This document shows positions 57,664 to 64,000 of a stretch of DNA of 64,000 nucleotides, in pieces. Position 1 is the first letter of the stretch, and each line of letters starts with the position of its first letter. The translations under genes were made by a program, and so were the position numbers. The notes beneath the pieces are model-generated. The model saw only the letters and a list, made by a program, of their open reading frames with translations. It had not been told where the DNA came from and did not search any database. Origin of the DNA: Candidatus Woesearchaeota archaeon UBA153 (lineage in GTDB: Archaea; Nanobdellota; Nanobdellia; Woesearchaeales; UBA525); NCBI GenBank assembly GCA_002503705.1, contig DASH01000042.1, forward strand, positions 25,950-89,949, written 5' to 3'.

Positions 57664-58275
57664 TTACGGTCGTTCCCACGAAACTTGGTAGTACGTCACG
57701 TCGCCTTCCTCGTCGACGATGCCGAGGAGCAGGTGCTTCTTCGTGCTGTGCGCGACCCTGTTCTTTGCGGAGAAGTCGTGCCACGTCAACGATTGGCTCT
57801 CGTGGATCGGGTAGAGAATCCACTTCGCGTGGTCCTCGCCGGGCTTGACGCCGCGCTCGTACACTCGGAAATCCGCGCCGAACTTCAACGCGGTCTTGAC
57901 GATATAGCCGCGGTTGCGCATGTCCCGGAAGACCAAGTATTTCGTCCAGAAGCTCTTCTGCGCCTGCTTGGCTTTTCGGATGAAGGTTTGGATGGGAACT
58001 TCCTTGTTGCGCGGCGTGACGATCTTGAGCTTCTCCTTCTCTGCGAGGTAGAGCGCTTCGTAGAGGCTCAACTGGATTCGGCCGCTGCCGTCGGGTTCGC
58101 CGAGCCTGCTCTGACTGTAGAAGTCTCTCGCGCCGTCGCTGTTCTCCGTCAAGACCTGATCGTGGCCGAGGACTGCAAGGACGACGTCTTTGCGCTTCGG
58201 CTCGTTCGCCGGAGTCGCCGTCACGCTTCCCGTCGTGGTCGTCACGGTCGCTTTCTTCACGCTCTTCTTCGCCAT
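57664..58275 (-). CDS. endA: tRNA splicing endonuclease
   Basis: LSLYEALYL, KFGADFRVY, H, RVAHSTKK catalytic Y/H/K. Confidence 0.95.
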   Translation of the reverse strand: MAKKSVKKATVTTTTGSVTATPANEPKRKDVVLAVLGHDQVLTENSDGARDFYSQSRLGEPDGSGRIQLSLYEALYLAEKEKLKIVTPRNKEVPIQTFIRKAKQAQKSFWTKYLVFRDMRNRGYIVKTALKFGADFRVYERGVKPGEDHAKWILYPIHESQSLTWHDFSAKNRVAHSTKKHLLLGIVDEEGDVTYYQVSWERP

Positions 58276-58378
58276 CCGCTTTCGGGTCGCGGCGAGGTTT
58301 TTATAGTTACGGATGAATATTTATTTTCTATATGGTAATAAGTCGGTTTTAAATAACGCCGCGCGTTCCTCGGACGTC

Positions 58379-59290
58379 ATGACTCTCGAGATCACCTTCC
58401 TCGGTACCAGTTCGATGGTCCCGACGAAGGAGCGGAACGTGCAGGCCATCCTGCTCGACTACAACGGCGAACTCTTGCTCTTCGACTGCGGCGAAGGAAC
58501 TCAGAGGCAGATGAACATCGCCGGGTTCAGCAGAGCCAGAGTCAAGAAGGTCTTCCTCACACACTGGCATGGCGACCACGTGGGAGGGCTCATCAGCCTC
58601 ATCCAGACGATCTTCAACGGCGAGTACCACGACACGCTGCACGTCTACGGTCCGAAAGGGACGAAGCTCCGCCTCGAGCACTTGCGGAAGAGCGTCGACT
58701 TCGAGAACGAGATACGTCTTGAAGTGCACGAGCTCAACCCGGAACCGCGCGAGATTATCACCGCCTACGAAGGCGAGGAGTACCTAGTCGAGTGCACGCC
58801 GATGCGCCACGGCACGCCGACGATCGCGTACGCGTTCGTCGAGAAAGACAAGCGTCGCGTCGACATGGCCGCGGCGGCGAAGCACGGCTTGAAGACCGGT
58901 CCGCTCGTCGGCAAGCTGCAGCGCGGCGAGACCGTCGAGTTCAAGGGCAAGACGATTACCGCCGAAGAGGTCACGTACGTGCGCACGGGCAAGAAGGTCG
59001 CGCTCATCCCGGACACGACACTGAACGACGCCGCACCGCTCCTCGCGGAGAACGCGGACGTCATGATCTGCGAGTCGACGTACGGCGGCGAGCACGAGGA
59101 GAAGGCCGCCGAGTACAAGCACTTGACGGCAGCGCAAGCCGCGCTCATCGCCCAACAAGCCGGCGTGAAACGCCTCATCCTCACGCATTTCAGCCAGCGC
59201 TACACGAGCGTCAACCACCTCTTAGACGAAGCGAGAACCCACCACCCGAACGTCGAACTCGCGCACGACTTCTACCGGGTTACGGTCTGA
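58379..59290 (+). CDS. rnz: Ribonuclease Z
   Basis: FLGT, DCGEGTQ, THWHGDH, ESTY, THFSQRY. Confidence 0.96.
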   Translation: MTLEITFLGTSSMVPTKERNVQAILLDYNGELLLFDCGEGTQRQMNIAGFSRARVKKVFLTHWHGDHVGGLISLIQTIFNGEYHDTLHVYGPKGTKLRLEHLRKSVDFENEIRLEVHELNPEPREIITAYEGEEYLVECTPMRHGTPTIAYAFVEKDKRRVDMAAAAKHGLKTGPLVGKLQRGETVEFKGKTITAEEVTYVRTGKKVALIPDTTLNDAAPLLAENADVMICESTYGGEHEEKAAEYKHLTAAQAALIAQQAGVKRLILTHFSQRYTSVNHLLDEARTHHPNVELAHDFYRVTV

Positions 59291-59294
59291 CGAT

Positions 59295-59960
59295 TCACTC
59301 GAGCGTTATCTTGCCTTCGAGCTCCGCTTGCCGGACGAAGTACGAGAACGCGAGCAGATGCGGGAGCGCTCGCGACGACCGGACGACTTTCGGGTCGTCG
59401 AAGAAGTCCAAGTAGAGACCGACGGCGAGGCACGCATCGTCCGCGAGCATCAGGACTCGCGACGCATCCGCTCCCCGCTGGCGTTCAAGCTCTCGCTCCG
59501 CGATCTCGCCAATCGTGCCGAGCGGGTACTCGGGTTTGAGGTACTTATCGACGACGCGCGCCGTCCGCACGGAGAGCTTCGGCTCCTGCGTGGCGAGCGC
59601 CACGTCCCGCAAGATGGCGACGTCACGACGGCTCGTCGCGACGTCTTCTGTGGAGTTCTCCGTGAGGAACGCGTACACCGCCTTGTTGCGGAACGTCCGG
59701 ATGAGGAGACGCGCCCTGCCGGCGAGGTCGCCGTCGCTCGCTTCGAGCGTCGGGTTGAGCTCGTTCGCGAGCGCGAGGAGGACGACGGTGTCGTTGAGGT
59801 ACGGTGCATACGCTTTTCCCGCCGCGGCGACCATGGTCGGCGGCACGCTCGCGAGCAGATTCTCGAACACGAGACGGTCCAAGCCGTCACGGTACTGTTT
59901 GTTGTATGCTGCAGCGATCTTCTCGACTGTCGGCGGTTGTCTCATGCGATGATTACCCAA
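59295..59960 (-). CDS. Hypothetical helical protein
   Basis: 221-aa ORF directly downstream of purF. Confidence 0.5.
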   Translation of the reverse strand: MGNHRMRQPPTVEKIAAAYNKQYRDGLDRLVFENLLASVPPTMVAAAGKAYAPYLNDTVVLLALANELNPTLEASDGDLAGRARLLIRTFRNKAVYAFLTENSTEDVATSRRDVAILRDVALATQEPKLSVRTARVVDKYLKPEYPLGTIGEIAERELERQRGADASRVLMLADDACLAVGLYLDFFDDPKVVRSSRALPHLLAFSYFVRQAELEGKITLE

Positions 59961-59963
59961 GGT

Positions 59964-61553
59964 TCACGCTTGTCGTTCACGTTGTCTCGTCCGCAGCTCC
60001 GTGTACTCTTTCACGCCTTTGCCCGTCGGGTACTGGCCGTTCGTGCACGCCATGCACAACTTCTCCGCTGGTAAGCCGATCGCTTGGTACAGGCCGCGGT
60101 GCGAGATGTAGTTGACCGAGTCGGCGTAGACGTGCTGCGCGATCGCCGGCATGTTCGCGCCCAGCTTGTGCGCGATCAGCTCTTCGTACTGCGGCGTGTC
60201 AATCCCATAGGGGCACGGGAAGAGGATTGGCGGGAAGCCGATGAACGCGTGGATCTCGCGCGCTCCCAACTCGCGGAGCCGAGCGTTCACGTACCGCATC
60301 GTGTCCGCGCGGACGATGCTGTCGTCCACGACGGCGACGCGCCGACCGTCCACTTGGCTCTTGATGAACTCGTACTTCAACCGGAGCGCGGCCTGTCGTC
60401 TTTCCGGGCTGCGCTCTTGGAAGACCCTTTTGGAAAAATGCGGGTTCTTGATGACTCCCTCGCCGTGCGGGGTGATGAGGCCGTTCCGGGCCATCTCGAC
60501 GATTTCGCGGCCAGCAATGCTCGGACCGATGGCGGCGTACCGCAGGAAGTCGTCGAAGTTGAGTCCGGTCATCGCGTCAGCGAACCCTTTTGCGATGGGC
60601 CGCGGCGAGTCGGGGATGGGCATGACGAGATCAATCTTGCCCTGGAACTCAGGGTGCTCTTTCGCGAGCTGGTGACCAATCGCGATACGCGCGTCGTACA
60701 CGCTCACACCTTCCAGCTTGCTCGCGACGTTGGCGAAGTACGGGTACTCAAACGCGCAGTGCGCCTCGCCCTTCTTGTTGATCATGAGGTGGTGCTTGTT
60801 CAGCTCGAAGTCGATAAAGATCGCCTCTCCAGCGCTCACCGCGTGGCTGGGGCCGAAACCACCGATTGCGTGGAACGCGGTCGGTTCTGACGCGAACGCG
60901 TACGTCGAGCTTCCGTCTTCTTCCTTGCGTTCCGACCAGACGAGCGGCCTGATGCCGTACGGGTCGCGCACCGCCATGAGTCCTTGACCGTCGATGATTG
61001 TGAGGAACGAGTACGCGCCGTTCACGAAGAGCGGCGAGTCCTTGTCCATGAGCTCGTGGAGTGCCGGTCTGAGGCGGCGGTGGATGTACGCTTTCGTGTC
61101 CGTTGTCGTCGCCTCGTGCTGTCTGAGCCCTTGGCCGAGCGCGCCGAGCAAGAGTTCAACGTCGCACGTCGTGTTCAGGCTCCACTCGTGGCCGCGCAAG
61201 CTTTTCTCGAGCGTGACGAGGTTGGCGACTTGGCCGTTATGGCAGCCGACGATACCCGGTCTGGTGATGCGCAGGGGTTGGATGTCTCGGGTCACGTCGT
61301 CCCCGCTCGTCGCGTACCGGTTGTGGCCGATTGCGAGCGTGACTGGCGAGTCGCCGTACTTCCTGAAGAACTCTTCTGTGTATGTCTCGCTTGCGGGCTT
61401 GGCCTCGTTGATGAGCGGTACGAAGCGACGATGCTCGACACTATACCCCGCGATGCCCGTGGACTCTTTCCCCCGGTTCTCGAGCGCGAGCAAGCCTTGC
61501 ACGACCTTGTCTAAGACTGGCCGTCGGCTGATGACTCCGATAACCCCGCACAT
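59964..61553 (-). CDS. purF: Amidophosphoribosyltransferase
   Basis: N-terminal MCG, GHNRYATSG, HNG, VDDSIVR, CPYGID, LCMAC. Confidence 0.93.
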   Translation of the reverse strand: MCGVIGVISRRPVLDKVVQGLLALENRGKESTGIAGYSVEHRRFVPLINEAKPASETYTEEFFRKYGDSPVTLAIGHNRYATSGDDVTRDIQPLRITRPGIVGCHNGQVANLVTLEKSLRGHEWSLNTTCDVELLLGALGQGLRQHEATTTDTKAYIHRRLRPALHELMDKDSPLFVNGAYSFLTIIDGQGLMAVRDPYGIRPLVWSERKEEDGSSTYAFASEPTAFHAIGGFGPSHAVSAGEAIFIDFELNKHHLMINKKGEAHCAFEYPYFANVASKLEGVSVYDARIAIGHQLAKEHPEFQGKIDLVMPIPDSPRPIAKGFADAMTGLNFDDFLRYAAIGPSIAGREIVEMARNGLITPHGEGVIKNPHFSKRVFQERSPERRQAALRLKYEFIKSQVDGRRVAVVDDSIVRADTMRYVNARLRELGAREIHAFIGFPPILFPCPYGIDTPQYEELIAHKLGANMPAIAQHVYADSVNYISHRGLYQAIGLPAEKLCMACTNGQYPTGKGVKEYTELRTRQRERQA

Positions 61554-61667
61554 GACGTCTGAGAATAAAGCGCCTCTTAAAAGTGTTTCTCTCCCGGAGT
61601 GCTCACTCTAGTTTGTCGAGCATGGCGCGGTCAGCGTGTCGTGTTCGCTGGACGCAGTCCAGTTAGT

Positions 61668-61811
61668 GTTGGCGCGTCCCGGATTGTCTCGTTCATCAGG
61701 AGTTTCTCGTTCTCGCGCGTTTCGCAGTTCTCGTCCGTCGTGTTTTTCTCGTCGAAAAACAGCGTCGTCCGTACGATTCGTGCCAAGACTATGAATTCCT
61801 GCCGCGCCAGC
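61668..61811 (-). repeat. Palindromic element family R, copy 5 (expanded)
   Basis: Minus strand GCTGGCGCGGCAGGAATTCATAGT; degenerate other end; adjacent CTGGACGCAGTCCAG hairpin identical to 3200-3214. Confidence 0.75.
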
Positions 61812-61847
61812 CAGTACCCGTCTGACGACGGGCCGAAGTCTGCGGGC

Positions 61848-62057
61848 TTATTTCCCCGCGAGCTTGACGTCGTCCGCTTTGACGGTGCGTCGGCCAGCGT
61901 GCTGCATGAGCGTGACCGCTTTGACGGCGAGCGCGTCAGCGTGCGACTCCAAGATTTCCCGGAAGGCTTCCTGGGCGTCCTTGCCGACTCTCGGCGCGCC
62001 CGCGCGCTTCAACAACTTCTCCATGCCGAGAAGGGACAGGATTGGTTCTTTCGCCAT
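61848..62057 (-). CDS. Archaeal histone
   Basis: KRAGAPRV...HAGRRTVKADDV histone fold; GAGGTGA SD. Confidence 0.93.
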   Translation of the reverse strand: MAKEPILSLLGMEKLLKRAGAPRVGKDAQEAFREILESHADALAVKAVTLMQHAGRRTVKADDVKLAGK

Positions 62058-62190
62058 GATGGTCACCTCGAACTACGAAAAAGGAATTATTACGAGTTTA
62101 TTAATTTTCACCCGTATTATAACTCTTTCTTAACCAGCCACTGGTCACGTTCGCCTAACGTTTAAATACCGCTTCGTCTTCGAGCAAGTC

Positions 62191-62574
62191 ATGAGCGCGA
62201 AATCCCGAGGCATCAGCGGCGAGCGAGACTTGATTCACAAGTTCTGGGCCGAAGGCTGGGCGAGCCTCCGCGTCGCCGGCTCGGGCAGCAGCCAGTATCC
62301 TTCTCCTGACGTTCTCGCGTCGAATAACGTGCGCAAGCTCGCCATCGAGGCGAAGATCACGACCGCGACGAGCAAGAACTTCCCGAAGGAAGAAATAGAA
62401 TCGTTGCGTTTCTTCGCGGAGAAGTTCGGCGCGGAGCCGTGGATCGCCATCCGGTTCTACCGCGAGCCGTGGAAGTTCTACACCCTCGAAGACCTGCACG
62501 CGACGCCGGGCGGCTTCAGCGTCCGTCAAGAAGACAAGGACAAGGGCTTATCGTTCGAAGAATTGATTGCGTAA
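62191..62574 (+). CDS. hjc: Holliday junction resolvase Hjc
   Basis: GERDL, RVAGSG, PDVLA, IEAK. Confidence 0.93.
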   Translation: MSAKSRGISGERDLIHKFWAEGWASLRVAGSGSSQYPSPDVLASNNVRKLAIEAKITTATSKNFPKEEIESLRFFAEKFGAEPWIAIRFYREPWKFYTLEDLHATPGGFSVRQEDKDKGLSFEELIA

Positions 62575-62589
62575 GAGTTTCTGCAATCT

Positions 62590-63201
62590 TTATCGTACGA
62601 GCCGCGCCGTCTTCGGGTCGAAGAGGAACGCGTCTTTCTCGTCGAACCAGCCGCAGCGGAAGCTGTCGAGCGGCAAGTTCGTCCGTTGGCTGAGCATGAC
62701 GGCGTACGCGTAGACTTGGAGCGCCGCGTGCTTCTCTTTCGCCGCGTTCGGCTTGTAGTCCCACACCCATACCTTGCCGTCGTCGACGCGCAAGACGTCG
62801 ATGTGGCCGCTCAACGGCCCCGGCTCGTCGCAGTGCGTCATGAGCTCGTGCTCGTGCATGTCCAGCCACAACGGCACCTCGACGGCCAAGCTCTTCGTGT
62901 CGCGCTCGAGCATGTGCATCTCGACCGTGCTGTGGCGGCTCATCGTGCGCGGCGCGTGTGCGCGCTTCGCGAGCGAGCACACTTCATGGCCGCGCGCGTC
63001 CTTCACGTCCGCGATCAAGGGCACGCGCAGCTTGCTCGACCGCGGCCCGGTCAGGAATTTCTCGTCGGGACAGTTCGTGAAGACGTCGTCCAAGAACAGT
63101 TTCAACGGCGCCAAGCCGTTATCACAGAGTCGTTCACTCTTGTCTTCGTGCAGGCGATAGTGGTACCACCAGCCGTGACTGAACGATTTATGCTTGATCA
63201 A
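62590..63201 (-). CDS. PD-(D/E)xK nuclease-family protein
   Basis: EVPLW, SGHID, WDYKP, QVYAYA motifs. Confidence 0.8.
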   Translation of the reverse strand: MIKHKSFSHGWWYHYRLHEDKSERLCDNGLAPLKLFLDDVFTNCPDEKFLTGPRSSKLRVPLIADVKDARGHEVCSLAKRAHAPRTMSRHSTVEMHMLERDTKSLAVEVPLWLDMHEHELMTHCDEPGPLSGHIDVLRVDDGKVWVWDYKPNAAKEKHAALQVYAYAVMLSQRTNLPLDSFRCGWFDEKDAFLFDPKTARLVR

Positions 63202-63253
63202 GATGCGAGAATGGGTAAAGGGATTCTTTAAATGGTTTTAGTTCTGAAAACGC

Positions 63254-63457
63254 CTATCTGCGCTTCAGCTTCCTCTCGATCTCGCGCTCTTCGCGTTCAA
63301 TCTTCCGCTCCTCGACGATAATCTTCTCGGCGAGCATCTCGATGTGCTTGTCGATGCGCGCGACGCGGCGCTCCATGATGACGAGGATGCGCAAGCTGTA
63401 GACGATCGCGGCGAGCGTGCCGATGATGACTGCCAGGATGACTGTGTCCAATGCCAT
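63254..63457 (-). CDS. Small membrane protein with coiled-coil tail
   Basis: One TM followed by E/R/K-rich helix; GAGGTGG SD. Confidence 0.7.
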   Translation of the reverse strand: MALDTVILAVIIGTLAAIVYSLRILVIMERRVARIDKHIEMLAEKIIVEERKIEREEREIERKLKRR

Positions 63458-63502
63458 GGGAAAAACCACCTCTCTTATCGAGTGCAACGACGACGCGACT
63501 AT

Positions 63503-64000
63503 TTAAAGGTTTTCCCTCTTGGACGTCACGTGCATGAGCGTGCGGAGCGTTTGGACGCCGCGGTCTGCGAGCTGCCGGACGCGTTCCCGGCTCATCCCGC
63601 CGTACCGGTCGCCAATCTCCTCCAGCGTCAGCCCGAACTCGTTCGCGTAGTGGAGGGTGATAATCTCGCGGACGCGTTCATCCTTAATCCGAGGCACGAA
63701 CCGTCCGAAGACGCGTTCTGCGTCGAGCGTTCGATTCAAGTGCTGTTCGAGCTGGAGGGTCCTCGGGTCGGGAATCACGTCTGTGTACGTGTGTCTTTCC
63801 GGATGGTCGTACTTCCCGCCGACGACGTCGTCGAACGAGAGAATCTTCGGGTGGAGCATCTGCAGGATGTGTCTCTCGTGCTTCTCCTTCTTCGCCGTCG
63901 CGGCATCCTTCATCTCTCGCTTGCTCCGTTCATACATCTTGTCGTACGCATCTCGTGGGAGCGGGATGTACTTCGCCTCGTTCCGGACGGTGCGGTGGCA
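63503..64000 (-). CDS. Sigma-70-like protein (regions 3-4), 5' end outside window
   Basis: Frame open to base 64000; LTLEEIGDRYGGMSRERVRQL matches the sigma region 4.2 HTH; ILSFDDVVG and YTDVIPD resemble region 3.2. Confidence 0.7.
   Translation of the reverse strand, partial: CHRTVRNEAKYIPLPRDAYDKMYERSKREMKDAATAKKEKHERHILQMLHPKILSFDDVVGGKYDHPERHTYTDVIPDPRTLQLEQHLNRTLDAERVFGRFVPRIKDERVREIITLHYANEFGLTLEEIGDRYGGMSRERVRQLADRGVQTLRTLMHVTSKRENL

Noticed and set aside
1044-60890. Many long antisense or alternate-frame ORFs (e.g. 1044-2612, 23086-24795, 25372-27423, 39620-41770, 51829-54042)
   Set aside because: Shadow ORFs of well-supported genes, expected from GC-rich codon bias; no independent motifs

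Overview
Archaeal chromosomal DNA, most likely from a DPANN (Woesearchaeota-like) genome. This placement rests on a fused PriS-PriL primase, archaeal ribosomal proteins, histone, Hjc, PAN, Hef and TATA-type promoters. The core content is the rpl3-secY-rpl14e ribosomal superoperon (lacking rpp29, adk and cmk here), pheST, pelota, fen, rfcS, endA, rnz, purF and trm5. Less ordinary content: (1) a five-gene cluster (36422-43377) encoding a pilin-type-signal protein, a polytopic membrane protein and three paralogous lipobox proteins sharing a Cys-patterned domain, a candidate undescribed surface apparatus; (2) two dispersed families of intergenic palindromic elements, plus a 215-bp MITE with 15-bp TIRs and a 9-bp target duplication; (3) a recurrent 14-bp palindromic operator-like motif; (4) bacterial-type genes: an ArmA/Rmt-like methyltransferase fusion, a RelA/SpoT-domain gene behind a 6x GCATGC array, a sigma-70-like gene at the right edge, and remnants of a DGR-type reverse transcriptase and of ppdK. 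All calls come from reading the sequence and motifs; no database searches were run.
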